From positions 484,459 through 548,458 of the forward strand of contig JAAOMT010000302.1 in the NCBI GenBank assembly GCA_016748015.1: a stretch of 64,000 nt of DNA, read 5' to 3'. Below the pieces are notes generated by a model. That model had not been told where the DNA came from. It made no database searches and was given only the letters and a program-made list of their open reading frames with translations. Both the position numbers and the translations under genes were made by a program. Shown piece by piece: positions 48,254-62,027 of the stretch (its first letter is position 1; each line of letters opens with the position of its first letter). This DNA comes from Geosiphon pyriformis uo1. Taxonomy: Eukaryota > Fungi > Glomeromycota.

Positions 48254-48989
48254 ATGTAAGTATACTATATTTTCAAATTTTTAAATTGTGTTTTTTAATA
48301 AAATAAAATAATTTTTAAAATAAATAATTAAAATGTATATAGTAAATATAATTTATTAAAAAAAATTGAAAAAGATTTTAGAATCAATAATTGCATTAAT
48401 TTTTGAGATTTAATTATTTGTATCATAATTACATAGTGAAATAAATATTGAACCATTTAAATGATTATAATAGCATTTGTTTAAAATAAATATCAAAAAA
48501 AATTTTTTTTCTTGGTTCAGTCGTCTTTTCAAATCAATTGTCTAAGTTTTTAAAAAAATTATCTTTAATCACTAGTGTATGAGAAGTGATAATGCCGGGG
48601 AATTTGCTGAAGTACCCTTCCAAAATTAGCCGAACTACATATATTAGATGGCAGGACAATTCAATTTAAAATATTTTTCGAATAAAATCACAGTTCTAAA
48701 GCAATGAACCGTTACAGATTATATATTCGTGATCTCGTTATAATCATGAAGAAAAGTGACTTTAATATCAGATCGACTATTTGGCTTGGGGGAGGGTGAT
48801 CGAAAATCTGGGATATTTACCTCATAAGGCCTCGAACCTTTTCTTCGCTTTGAATACTGAAGTGGCTGCAATCTAAATTCAAACTATCAAATAGGTTTGG
48901 ATGTTTTTTGGTAAATTGATTGCACTACAGATAATAAAGTTCTATTCAAAAAAGATACCTGATCTTAAGGGACAACTAAAGCGAGTCAT

Positions 48990-49960
48990 GGAATCTTCGA
49001 AAAAGTGCTGGTTTTACACTAAAATATCTGATTGATGGAGAGAGAACCTCAAAAATTTTAGAGCGTCATTGGTTATGGATCTCTGAATAATTACATCGAT
49101 CCATTAAAGCCGAAATGAAATTATCCCAAGCTCGTAAAGTGATTGAATTATTGAGATTTATTACAGTCAACCTTTGGTGACTTTAAATCAATACCGATTA
49201 CAACTAAATAACTTAAGCACAGGAACTAGTATGAATAAAGGCATTCTAAACCCATCAAATGAAACCTTAAAATACTTGATACAAAATTGAACCAAAATTA
49301 TCGGTAATTGATCAAGCTGAGAACCTTCTCGATCGTAAAAAGTCGCCATTTTTCCACCAATATTTCTTAGACTCTGGCAGTCTAGGTTCAAGACATTGAG
49401 ATTACACCCAGTTTAAGATTCTCTTTCAAAAACCAAGTTATATTTGTGCAATATTCTAATTTGGTACTTTCGAGATTTTTGGTGTACCCGAAAATGGAAA
49501 CCCGTGTGATTTCTCGTGGGGAAAATTCAAGGAATTATTTTTAGCTTAAGAAATAAGTTCATTTTAGGTGGACACTGATACCAGGCGGTTGGGGTTCCTT
49601 TTTGCGACACATGTTACTTCTCTCTTCTCATTCCATTTCATTATACAATTTGGAGGTTAAAGACAAGAGCGTAAGATAGGTTATAATCCGAGCATGTTTC
49701 AATTCAATTAGCAAAAATTTTTTGCGAAATCTTTGACCCATTAGTGATTTTTGTCTTTGATTTCCCTTTCTCAAACCAGAATTATTTGCTGGAAATCAGT
49801 GATATTTGGTGGTAATACAGATAATATTGGGTAAGCTTAAAATGAAGGCGCCTTTTGAATCGATAAACGAGTAAAAGTTTTGCATGTCAGACCTAAGAAA
49901 CAGTTTTATCTGGCAGATGCCAATAAACGCTCTCCGGTGGATCTGAGAAATTGGCATTCT
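48990..49960 (+). pseudogene. Protein kinase (TKL-like) remnant
   Basis: Scattered motifs in kinase order: FTLKYL, YGSLNNYI, PELFAG, SDI, APF, VRP, W.DANKR; no intact frame. Confidence 0.35.
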
Positions 49961-52031
49961 TTTCCCACTCTTCAGTGTTGGGGGAAGAATTGACTACACA
50001 TTAAAATTTAGAGTATGTAAATATTTTCTTTTACCAACTTGATGTAAACACTAGTTGGAAGGGGATGACATTCTTTTATAATGCTAAAAATAGTTCTTAC
50101 AAACTTTTAGCCTTTAAAAATGTTTTTTTTTTCAATTCTTCCCAAATATGTTCAACAGAGTCAAACAAATGGGCCAAGTTGGAATTGTCTTTGTTCCAAT
50201 TAATGAAGGAAATTCTTTTATTAAGCATTTGGAATCCATATAGTTTACCGAAATTGCAAGATTTTATAGCACCCCAATAAATGCTGAGATCACAAGATCG
50301 ATAAAGTAATAGAATTTTTTCGATTTAGAATGAATGTTCGCTCTTTTATTCCACGAAAGAAACCTTTAATTTCGATTGAAAACCACATTTAAAGGCTCGA
50401 TTTGCTAAAAAAAATTCGGATATTGGACTGCAAATGACTGGAAAAAAGTTATTTAGTCAGATGAATCAACATTTTCACAATTTAAAACTTCAGGATTGGC
50501 GAGGAATTTCATAATGATTGTTTTAAATGTAAAGCAAGAATGTTTTGGTTTGTTTTCATGGATTGTTTTAGAACCTATCGTTCCATTAAATGGGTTTAAT
50601 TAATGGTATTACTCATTGTGAAAATTTTAGCTAATCATGCTATACCAACTCTTAAAAAGAAGTTTATCTTTCAAGACAACGGGTGTTGACTGATACGTAT
50701 ATTGCAATATAATATAAAATTTGTCATAAATTATATAGAATTAAAGAAAAGGAATTATGGGGGTTTCACTGAATATGAATGGTAATGAGAAAATTATGTT
50801 TATTTGAAAATATCAAAAAATTATTTAATCAATAAAGATAATGCCTCAGTAATTATCTTACTGGCTTGATTCAAATTATGTGCCAAAGAATAAATTTATA
50901 TGAAATTCACCAATTTTTTCAAAATGACTTACATTACAATACTCATAAGAAGGATGTCAAAGACTTATTAAGAAAATATGAAACTCATTTGTTAAAAAAA
51001 AATTAATCAAAAAGCAAAGAAAATTACAAATTATAGCCTTGTAGTATTGTACATTACAGTCATTATTGAATGCATATCATTTTTGAATCAACGGAGAAAT
51101 AAGACCACAAAAAAAATTCAACAAATATTTATTTGTTACTAATAAGGAATGGTACAGCCTATAACGCCACAATTCATATGGAGAATGTAGTCCTTCGAGA
51201 TGGGAATCTAGCATTTGATGCAAATTAAAATAAAGGAAACACTAATCAAAATTATAAAAGAGAATAGTTTTAAGTAAGAGTTATTGGAAAAAAAACACGT
51301 TTTTCAAAGAGCACGCCTCTCTAAAATTCAATTATTCACTCAATGAGTGTTGTTAAGAAATAATTAAAATATGGAGTATATTCAATTTCTTAAGACAGTA
51401 ACCAAGAACAAAAATTTGGAATTGAAAAACAATATCATTAGTTTTTTAGAGACGGGATAAATGTGAAAAATTTTCCTATGAAAAGCTTCGACTCATTTTC
51501 CTTTTTTTAAACCAAAAAACTAAGTCATTTACTTTTAAGGTCGAAAAAAATACTGACAAAACTGGTGTAAAACTCCCAAAGCAATACATGCATAAGAATG
51601 GGCGAAGATCTTGCCGCTCATAATCGAATTCAAAATTTTGAGGCGTGGGTCATATCAATAAAAATTTTAATCAAAGACTATAAAAAGTTCAATTCAAAAA
51701 ATCTTAATCAAAGACTGTTGATGAAAATTCTAGAAGCCTAATTTTAGCATTCTAACGGCCCTGAAACCAAAAAAAAATCATTTGAATTGAGGAAACTTAA
51801 TTTAACAATTTTATAATCAAAATTCAAGCCACCTCGAAAACTATTTAACCAAACGGTTTTGCCTTTAAGATTTTTTGGCAACCAAAATTCAATTTCTTGT
51901 TTCAAATTAAGGCTCATTCTTAAGTAGGAGATAGTCTTGAAGGAAGATTAAGCAAAAGATTTTTCTTTGAAAAAAGTTTCTTGGAACTTGTATAACTTTT
52001 ACCTTTTCGAGATCCACTTAATTTTCAAAAA

Positions 52032-52913
52032 ATGAGTTATTTGGAAAATTCTTTTCCTAATAAAAATTCAGCTCCTGATCAATATGAAGTTAATATTTCA
52101 TTGCAAGAATATCCTAAGCCCCCTTTCCCGCCCAATATAATTCCAGAACAATTGATTACGAATGCCCTGGCGAAACTGGAAAAAACGGGAAAGGTATCCC
52201 AAATACCAAATGCCTTCTTGATTTACAGATTGGTTTTGAAAAATGAAATGGTAAAGAAAAATATTTTTCTTGGCATGCGTGAATTATCTGGTATTGCTTC
52301 GAAACTCTGGAATGAAGAGCCTGAAAATGTTAAAACATATTATCAAGAACTTTCTAATGAAGCAAAAACATTATTTCAAAACTTCTGGCAATCAACCTAC
52401 TCACAAGTCCAAATGATGGCTGATTCGCAAACATTATCCAAGGAATTTGTATGGAAAAATGACCCATACCAACAAGAGGCGATTAATTTTAACCTGGGTC
52501 ACGATGAAGTTGAGTCGTTAACAAAAATCAATTCCCAATCCGAACTTGGGCAAACTTCCACAAGTTCCGAGTTCCCCAACTTATTAAAAAATATACCTCA
52601 TGTTGAAAATCATCCTGGCTTTTCATTATTTACCGGTTTAAGTCCTAAGGCAGAAAATGTTTCAATACCAGATCAGGAATCGAAAAATCTAGAGTTTTTC
52701 CAAGATGTCCCTAATTTAATATTACAATCTGATACTTTCGGTGAAGAATTGAATCTTCATCATAGAACAATGCTCCTCGAGCAACTAGTTTTGAGCACAC
52801 TTTCTGGTAAAAAAGATCCTTTCCTTGTTGATTTCTCGGCGAATAGCATTGTAGATCGGGTTGCTAACCTTGAAAATTTGATTGCTCAACTAATTTGGAA
52901 TGGTTTAGAATAA
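52032..52913 (+). CDS. MATA-type HMG-box transcription factor, single exon, 293 aa
   Basis: PKPPFPP...IPNAFLIYR...MRELSGIASKLWNEEPENVKTYYQELSNEAK. Confidence 0.9.
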   Translation: MSYLENSFPNKNSAPDQYEVNISLQEYPKPPFPPNIIPEQLITNALAKLEKTGKVSQIPNAFLIYRLVLKNEMVKKNIFLGMRELSGIASKLWNEEPENVKTYYQELSNEAKTLFQNFWQSTYSQVQMMADSQTLSKEFVWKNDPYQQEAINFNLGHDEVESLTKINSQSELGQTSTSSEFPNLLKNIPHVENHPGFSLFTGLSPKAENVSIPDQESKNLEFFQDVPNLILQSDTFGEELNLHHRTMLLEQLVLSTLSGKKDPFLVDFSANSIVDRVANLENLIAQLIWNGLE

Positions 52914-53238
52914 GCAATAGCTCGAATTAATTGCCTTATTAAAACCAATATGAAAAATTATATGTAATTAAAATAAGTTTAGTTTAAGCAGTTTAAATCT
53001 TTTATAAATTTTACACTACTCAAGCTCTATGAATAAAGAAAAATCTTTTCTAAAATGGATTACCTTGGAGTAATTTTTCTTTTTCTTTTTCTGATTGGAA
53101 TTATTCTAAAAATAGATTTTCTTTAACTCTGAAAATTTCTCCACGTGTATATTGTACCGCTTTTTTGATGTATTACCTACCCCAAAAGTAACACGCAGTG
53201 TATCAACAAAAGGTTTGTCAATAAAAACAATTCTTTTA

Positions 53239-53311
53239 GGCCCTCGCCTGGAATTGAACCAGGGCTTTAGCGATCAAGATTTGCTATGTGCGTCGACTAC
53301 ACTACGAGAGC
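53239..53311 (-). tRNA. tRNA-like Pol III gene with irregular anticodon arm (CTT/Lys possible) or tRNA pseudogene
   Basis: GCTCTCG/CGAGGGC acceptor stem, GTGT/GCAC D-stem, CCTGG-TTCAATT-CCAGG T-arm, T5 terminator ~13 nt downstream; 19-nt anticodon arm, D-loop lacks GG. Confidence 0.65.
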
Positions 53312-56063
53312 GATTTACATTATAAGAGTTTCTTATAAACTAATAAATATAAAGATAAAAATTATAAAAGCATGTTTTACGAAACGGTCTCTATTCTTTG
53401 GGGCCACATTCACTAAATAAAATTAGATCTACATCAACGTCTTAATTAAATCACCGTCTAAAAATATAAAGTCGAAGACTTTTAAATAGAAAATAGGGGC
53501 TTTTTGAATTTGGTAAGCACGTTTTGGCTTTTTTATTTATGGTTGGGTAATCCACAAGGTCAATATATTACGCAATATAAAAGATATGTCATCTTTCATA
53601 TTACTTTTTATATACCTTCTTATTCGAAGTTGTGGAAGAACGAAAACTTTGACGAGAAGTAAAATTGAGCTGAAATGGAAAATTCTCAATTAAATAGTTT
53701 ACATTGATTCCTCTTTTTGTCAGTTCCTAACTTTATCATACAAATAATTGAAAATTTTATGGATGTCATTTTTAGCTTTGAAAGAAACCATTCCTTGTGC
53801 ATTTCGGAAATCGTCAAGCAAGCCACATTAGATTACTTGAAAAAAAAACTTAATTTAAAAGACGATTTAGCCACAACCGTTCATATTGAGTGTCTGGACC
53901 TATTATTATAATTCCCTCAAACAACGTTATTCATATCTATTTATTTTTTGAGAATTTCATTTTTCAGCCCTTCTTGAAATATAATACAATTGAATATGAA
54001 TATTTTTTAAGAAATCGTCTTTTGTTGACCTAAATAAATATATAGTTAACCTGTGATTTTCAAATAACTTTTTTGCATTTTAATTAATTTTCCAAGTAGA
54101 AAATTCCTTTCTGTGTTGTGAAATGGAATTTCATTAAAATTCACAAAGATTGATGCGCTTTGTTCAAAAAAAGATTTTTAGAATACTAAGCATCGGTTAC
54201 AATTTGGTGGGAAAGACTGACACTAAACTAATTACTAACTCCGAGATCCCATTGTTTTTTCTCAATTTACAAAAAATAATTTTTTAGTTTCTGACTTTTC
54301 AATTATTTTTTTCGAAATCATTCTCCTTATTCAAAATGTTTTAAAATCGAGAGAACCTATTATTTTGATTTTCTTTAATTTTATTCCACATTTCAGCTCA
54401 GATTTTTTTAGGCATGCTATTGATTAGGCTCAGAATATTTTCAATAAGAATTGCCTTTTATTTATATGTGGTAATAAAAAGTTTTTTCATCCTCAACAGA
54501 AAATAATTTTACTGGTATTATATTTAATTAAAAACTGCAAGTTTTTTTCTTATTATAATATATATTATTATATGTTATCTTAAAATATGATTTATTATTT
54601 TAAACAAGTTTTTTAATGTTTAATTTAATAGATTTTAAATTATTTTAAATTAATTTTTCATTGTTTTTTATTCATTAATAGTTTTATAACAATTATAAAT
54701 AATATTGATAAAAAAAATATTTTAATAATTTAATCGAAGTTGTAAATAATTTTTGTATAAAATAAATATATTATTAATATATATTAGTTATATTTTAATT
54801 GAAATTTTGTATTAATATAATTAAATTTTGTAATTATAAAAATATAATTAGAAAGAATTTTTAAATATTTATTTTAAATTAATTTAATAAAATTAATTAA
54901 AAAAGTTTAAAATTTTATAAATGCTTTTTTTTTTTATAATTTGGTTTAAAATTAAATTTTTATATTAAATAATTTTAAATATTAATCTTAAAATTTCATT
55001 TTAACTTTTTAATTCTTAATATAATAATTTAAAATAATAATATTTAATAATAATTAATAATAATAATATTTAATATAATAAAAATATTATGTTAATTATA
55101 AAACATATTTTAGAAATAGTTTGTTTAGATATGACTGTTTGTTAAATTTCTTTTTATTTTAAAATTATAATTTGAAAACTTTATTTTACTATTTAATGTT
55201 TTATGAAAAACAATGACTATAATGATTTTTTGTTTTATGAATTTATCATTAGAAAAAAAACATAATAATATTTTTTGTTAATCATAAACTAAAATTAATC
55301 TATCAAATTATATTAAAATATTATGTGAAATATTCAGTTACCTTATCTATAACATCTATCATGGAATTTTCATTCGAATTCGCGCCGACATAACACAATA
55401 TTGATCAATTAATATATTTCATAGTGTTTTAATAAACGCCAAAAGTCTTAATATTTATTTTTATGTGCTCAATATTTTGAAAATGGAACAATTAAATTCT
55501 TAATTAAGTATTCGTTCAATTAAATTCATTTCACTAATATGATTAAGTTAATGCAGGTATTATTAAAATTTTCATATTTCGTTAAAGGCTAAGATTTCAA
55601 AAGCATCAATTTTTCATGGTCATCGAATTTCCTAATGTGGATTTTCTTCCAAATTAATTTCGAACCTCTTATTAACTTAGATTTCATAATACAAGAACAG
55701 ATGCATCATTGGAAAATTTTAAACTAACCCAATTATAGAATGCTTCAGTTGGTTAAAATTACTGTGAAAGCAGAGGCACATGTGATGATTTATTTTAATA
55801 TACCCTCAATACAAATTTCAGGAATATTTTTACGAAAAAATAAGAGGTATCCTTTGTACAATGTTTATTTACAAAAGGTAAAAGATTGACAACTAGAGTA
55901 GATTTTTAAGAAAGCGAAGATGCAGTTTTATATTATACGAAGGGTCATTTACAAGGATGGATGTTGGAAATTGCAAAGATTTACAGTTGTACTCGGTTAA
56001 CAGTGAATGCATTTTAGGGTTTATATGTCAATTAAAAATCTTTAATGGATTGGGGTCCAGTAT

Positions 56064-57332
56064 TCACATTATGATTTCATCATCGAAGTCGGCAATAAGC
56101 CATAATTGTGGCAAATTTTCATCAATGTCGTCGTCATCATCTAAGTATTCTTCATCATCGCTGTGCAGAACCTCGTAATGAGCCGTCGATTCCAAATTTG
56201 TTTTTACATTTGTACAGGAATAAACCTTATTTTGATCCTCCTCTAGGGAATATAAGAGTCTTTGAAAGACGTAAGTTAGGGAGAACACGCCGATTGACTG
56301 GTAAAATGATTTTGAAAATTTGTAAATAATATATCAACGAGCTCATTTGATCAGTGTATAAAGCAAAAAATCTTGCTCACCTGAATGAGCCTGGATATAA
56401 ACATTATCATGGCCACGTAATAAAGCTGCGGCCCAAATCGTTGAACCATCATTAGACCGCATGAAATATCAAATGATTCTGGTATTTCAACAGGTCGATC
56501 GATTATTGATGCAAATCCTTTACATGAAAACTGCCAAATAAGGATCATAAGTAAAGTGACTAATCGATGTAGCTACGCAAGGCAAAGTTGCGAATTAAAA
56601 GACAATTTTACCTCATACTGAATATCTTTGAGAAGATCTTGATTATTTTCGTATGCTATCTGCCAGGCGCCGTTGATGCTGCGTGCGATTGCCCGATTAT
56701 TATAAAATACGGCATAAAAAGCCAGGAAATTTTGGAGTGCTGTTGATGCTATAAGAAAAGCCGAGATCTATTGGACAATAGGAAGAGTTTTATTGTTCCG
56801 GTTATGGAAATATTGTGATACAGAACAATTGTAATGATGGGTAAAATAAAATTCGTAATTATAATAAGGATACAAATTGTCCGATAATTTTGTTTCGATG
56901 CGCTAATCCCGATATTCCTAGCATTGTTATGATCCAGATACAAGCCATAAAAATGTCATCACCACTGAAAGCAATAGAAGGCGCTACTACGATTCCAGTT
57001 GGAATTTTTGGACTCTTTTCCACCGACATTATTGGGGATATTGATGTATTTTTGCCAGGATTTCTGGCACTGGAAAGTATCGCAGACGGTATCTAATGAA
57101 AGTATTGTGAAAGAGCGAGCATGGGTTTTAGTTATTTATTTGTCAAAATATTGCCCCATATCAATTGGAGTAGTTAAAAGATTTCGATCAAAGTACTCAC
57201 AAAAGTCAAGAAAATTGCGATAGGAAACAATAGCCACCGAAAAAGTGGCAGTTTTTTTTGCAAGCTGGCCTTGACATAGCAAAGTGAGGTGATTTTAGAA
57301 TTTTCTGTTTTGACAAAGCTTGACATGATCAT
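56064..57332 (-). CDS. Tetraspanin-like four-TM membrane protein, 5 exons
   Basis: Spliced reading: WLLFPIAIFLTF|IP...IFMACIWIITMLGISGL..GQF|ISAFLIASTALQNFLAFYAVF..AWQIAYEN..LLKDIQYE|FSCKGFASIIDR..SCG..YYVAMIMFISRLIQ|SIGVFSLTYVF, then an acidic tail; GT-AG junctions. Confidence 0.7.
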
Positions 57333-59952
57333 TGTTTCTAAAATATTCTTTATTGAAATTGTGGTAAATGTATATTGTCAAAAATGAATATAAGTTTATC
57401 AAGAGAGAAATTAAATTTTTCTAGCGATATGACTTTATACGAGGAAAATGATTTTTTAATAAAAGTTCCACAGATTGATCTGACTTCAAAGAGGACAGAA
57501 AGCGAATTGATGCTGGCTTTATGTAGGCACGGGATGAAAATTTACCAAGTAATCAACTAGGAAAGGCATAATATGAAAGCATGGGAAAAAACTTATTTTC
57601 ATGAACGGTGTGGTCGATCTATAAAATGCCCCTAGGCGGTGAATGAGACAAACACTAAAGATAAGGTGATTGTCTAACTGGATCATTATCATCAATAATA
57701 TATATCGTCATCGTCGCCGACTCGCCGTTAGAGGAATATATCACATCAGATGTTATATCAAAAATTATTATGTAAGAATTCATATAAATATTTAGTCCAA
57801 AATTTGGTATAAATATTTTCGCAATTGTGATTTCTCAATTTTCCATGCGGACCAATCGCCTTTTTCTCGTTGAATCGAGAAAGAAGGCTGATTAATGCAG
57901 ATAAAACGTCAGACTTTTTGGGATGAACCGTATGACGACGTTCCCCGCACCTGCAAATCCTCTAAATATTTAAGTTCACACTGCACAACATTTTGTAAAT
58001 TGATGCAAGACGAGAGATCAAGAGACCAAACGTTTCAAGTTTCATTACCTGTTAGGTTGTCAGGAATGGATACGACATGATTCACGCATTAACTGCTGAT
58101 TGCTGTATTCGTCAAGTATTACAGGAGATCCCCTTCGGATTTTAAATCCTCTCTTGTTTACACAACCAACCAATAATGAAATCTGTATTAATTCGATTAG
58201 ATATGGTGTTCGGGTGCGGAAATCATAAAATGAATTTTTGATGAAGCTGGCTCCCCAAAGATTGATTTATGATTTTTATCAGGATATATTGAAAAGAATT
58301 GGTTGTATATTTAGAATTAGTCTTGGAGTCGAGCTTTCCCATTTGGAGTTTGCCAATCTTTCGATCCAAACCGCTCAATGTGCATCCGGATTTTCCCGGC
58401 GTATTGTTATTTTTTCTCGAAGTTTTTGAACTTTTTGGACGAATATTTAAAGAACACGTAATAGGTATACATCATAACAAATAGAAAATCATAAATCGAT
58501 TGACTTGGAATTAATTTTTTGTTGAATCTGACTCATGTTTCTTTAGATTCTTTTTTTTAAATCCTGATCACCAGGACTGTGAAGTTTTCTAGGCTAGCTG
58601 ACATTATTTTTTAACAGAAGCAACAAACTTTATTTCCGAGTTGTACGAATGAACTTTTTGATGGCAGCAAGAGCTGGAAATAGAAAAGATTTCTGATTTT
58701 CATAGCCTTATAAATGTCCAACCACGAGAAAAAAAATATCCTATGAGTGAAGACTTTATCAATCCTGTGAGACAGTATTGATCTAAACACATCGTACTGG
58801 CTTTGGAGATTTTGGTTGTGTTCCCCTTCAAATGTTGGGATTCTATCACATGCATTGGTGATCAATTAAAATGCTGTTGTTACGAACGCCATCTTTTCAT
58901 ATCAGATAAGATATTCGATACAGGTTTTTCTATGATGATTCGGAAAAAAAATCAAGTAATCCCTTGACAATTTGACGTCGGAAAATACAATTTTATCTTT
59001 ACTGTCTGTTAGGGATCAAACAGCAAGAAAATTAAAAAAGTAAAAAGCAAGAATTTGATGCAATAATTTAGGTTTTTAGGAGTAGGCAACCGCTTTGCTA
59101 AAATTTTCACCTGCGATAATTGAAATGGGAATAAAAAAACCACTGCGCATTTTTTTTCACCTATTTGCTAGAGATTAATGATATAGAAATAAAAAAAGGT
59201 GAAACCAGTAAGTTTCAGGTTTGCGGCTGTAGCACTAACTGGAACTTCATCAGGCAAACCTAAAAAGTCAGGTTTAACTTAATTCAACAGGTTAAAAGGC
59301 TGAACTGCTAAACTTAAATTATGATAAAATATGAACGAGATGAAATGTATAATAATTTTTTAATATGTTAAATTGTCTTTTTCAACAGATGCATATTTTG
59401 AATTCATGATATGATTCTTAAGGGCCAATAAAAAGGTAAACACCTGTGGGAATGAACTTTATTACTAAATTTTTTCATACGAGTGATTAAAGAAAAAAAG
59501 CTTTGTTTAGAAAATATTGCGAAAATGCTTATTTTTTATCTTGTCTTGAATTCAGTACAGAGAAAGATAAATTTTTCGAAGAGTTAGATCGTGAAAAGTG
59601 GATTGGCGAATCTTTTTCTTTGTATGGTTCTAAAAATGTATCTGATAAATTTCATGAAATGGTTAAAATTAAATGGAATGTCTATTTGATATGAGTGAAA
59701 TATAAAAAACTAAAATTTTAACTAATAATATTACCGCCTTATATATATCAAGTTAAATAATGCCAATTTTGCTTTAATAATTTTTCACAAATTGAATTCT
59801 TTGATCAAACAATAATTCAATTAGGCAATTATATTTACAAATAAAATTGTTACAGAATTTGTATTTGTTTTTAAATTGGTTGAGTTTAAATTATTTAACA
59901 AAATGATTTATGTATTCTACTAATTTTAATTTATTAAAATGTTATCTTTAAT

Positions 59953-60962
59953 TGTAACTGGTAAAAATTAAACCAAGTTAATTCTAAATTGATCAAAAAA
60001 TTGATCAGCTTTAATTGGTATTGCCATATTTATATTCAAAATCAAAAATAATATAAATTTGAATATATGTTATAAAAAATTGTGTATTTTTGTGTTCTAA
60101 ATAATTTTTGATATAAATTTGGTTTTTATTAAATATTTTAGAAAAAAAATTTTTTACTTTAAATAATTTCCAATAAATATAATATCAAGTTAGTATACAT
60201 ATTTATTTTGAAAAATTATCAATATATGTATATAGTTTTTTAATTGTAATATATTGTTTCAAATTGAAATAACTTGTTAATAAATAACAAAAAAAAGCAA
60301 TTAAGACCAATATAAAATAATCAAAAGAATTTTAACAAGAAAACAACTTGAATATACAAACAATTCAATTAATATAGTCAATTCAAAATTACAGTTGTTA
60401 ATTTTTTAAAAAAATCTGAAAATATTTTTACAAGTATTAAATATTTTATAGAGTTTAAAAGCTGTTATTATTTTTTAATAAACATTTTTTAATTTAACTA
60501 TTGTTTTAAATTCTTAGTAAATTTGTTTTTAATAAATTTTTAAAATAAGATTTGTTGCTTTAAGTTACATTTTTTTTTATTAGTTGTTTTTTTAATGTAA
60601 AAATATCTATAAATTAGGATGAAATTTTTATTTAATTTGTTAAAACTGTGTTAAAGTTTTTGTTAAAAGGTTGTATTTATAGAAATGTTAAATATAAATA
60701 TTGAAAGCTTGTTTTAAAAGTTCTGCTAAGTATATCCAAAAAAACTATTTTTGTTTCTTTTATAGTAATAATAATTTAAAAATTGTTCATTTTTGGAATT
60801 GTGTAAAGAGATTAGAAAATATTTTTAGGGCTATTATTAATTTTTAGAATATTTGTTAAATGTTTTTATGTTAAAATAGAAAATGATAATGTATGGTAAT
60901 TGATAATAAAAATCAAAAAATAATTTCATGCTAATTTTTGGCTCAAATTTTAACTGGTAATA
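59953..60962. repeat. Decayed ~1 kb solo-LTR-like element
   Basis: End TAATTTCATGCTAATT...AAATTTTAACTGGTAATA resembles the Gypsy LTR terminus; start TGTAACTGGTAAAAATT is an imperfect inverted copy. Confidence 0.45.
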
Positions 60963-61118
60963 CTGGATACGAATATTTTGGCTCTTATCTATACTCGGGT
61001 CACTTCAAAAAATATAAAAAAATACAAAATTCATGTATGTTATTAATTAATTATGGTCAATTAAATGATTCTCCATATAAGCACAAAAATGACATTATAC
61101 TTTTTTGCATTATTTCCA

Positions 61119-61990
61119 CTATCCTTACCTAGTACTAAAAGCCTTACAAAGAATCCTTTGCTTTTTAGCATCATCAAGATTAGTACCAATAGCTGGGAAC
61201 CCACAGATATCTACTACCTCATTTTCACTATTAAATGAACCTTCCATCAATCCGTTATCTAAAGGTGTTCCTGCTTCAAAGAATTTAATTTGAGGAATTT
61301 CTGCTTGAGTATTTATCCGATATAGAAAAATACAGATAACTTGACGAATAACTTCAGCTGCTCGACGTGGTAGTTCTGCTTTATATTCTTCTGAAAGTAT
61401 TTCGCGATAAATTTCCATTTTATCGAGTACAATTTTTATCAGATATTTAAAAAAGGGATGATTTGGACTTGAAAATGCATGAGATCCCAGTACCGAATAA
61501 ACTTGTTGTCGAAGCATGACAGGAACAACTCTAGTAAAGTCGTCGTTGTCAAAAACGAGTGTTAGAAAACTTTTGCATTAAACCGATTAATGAATTTACT
61601 TTTGAAGAAATTGAGACTTCAAGGTTTTGGGTTTCATCAAATGTCGATTGTGTGTTTTGATTTTTTGTATAGTACTTTTGAACCGCGTCCTCAATAGTCC
61701 TTATAATAAGTTGTTGTAATGCAAAGCTTATAGCTGTTTTCCTTTAAAACTCGAAAGTTGGGCTTCACAATTGAAGGTCTTTAAAAGCTTTCGACAGTTT
61801 TCAGAATTAGCTACCTCGGACTTGAGTAAAATCGCAGGTCAAATGTTGCAGATTTTTTCAATATCTTTAGCCAATTTAACCACGCTATTAGGATCATTAT
61901 ATTTCCAACCAGTATACTTTGATTCAGATTCGCCGTTAGTAAACCTTTCTCCAATAGGATTTAATTGTGCAGATTCTGAAATGGGCCATT
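61119..61990 (-). pseudogene. Frameshifted member of an uncharacterised fungal family
   Basis: DPNSVVKLAKDIEK...LRQQVYSVLG..HPF...IFLYRINTQ...LMEG..VVDICGFPAIG; pattern recalled from expanded Glomeromycotina hypothetical proteins; several frame breaks. Confidence 0.6.
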
Positions 61991-62027
61991 AACATCAGAG
62001 GCAGCGAGAAATTGAGATGAATGAAAA

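Noticed and set aside
53239-53260. Local tRNA-like gene as the Gypsy primer
   Set aside because: Its 3' end (..GGCGAGGGCC-CCA) does not match the PBS, which requires ..GAGAGCA-CCA.
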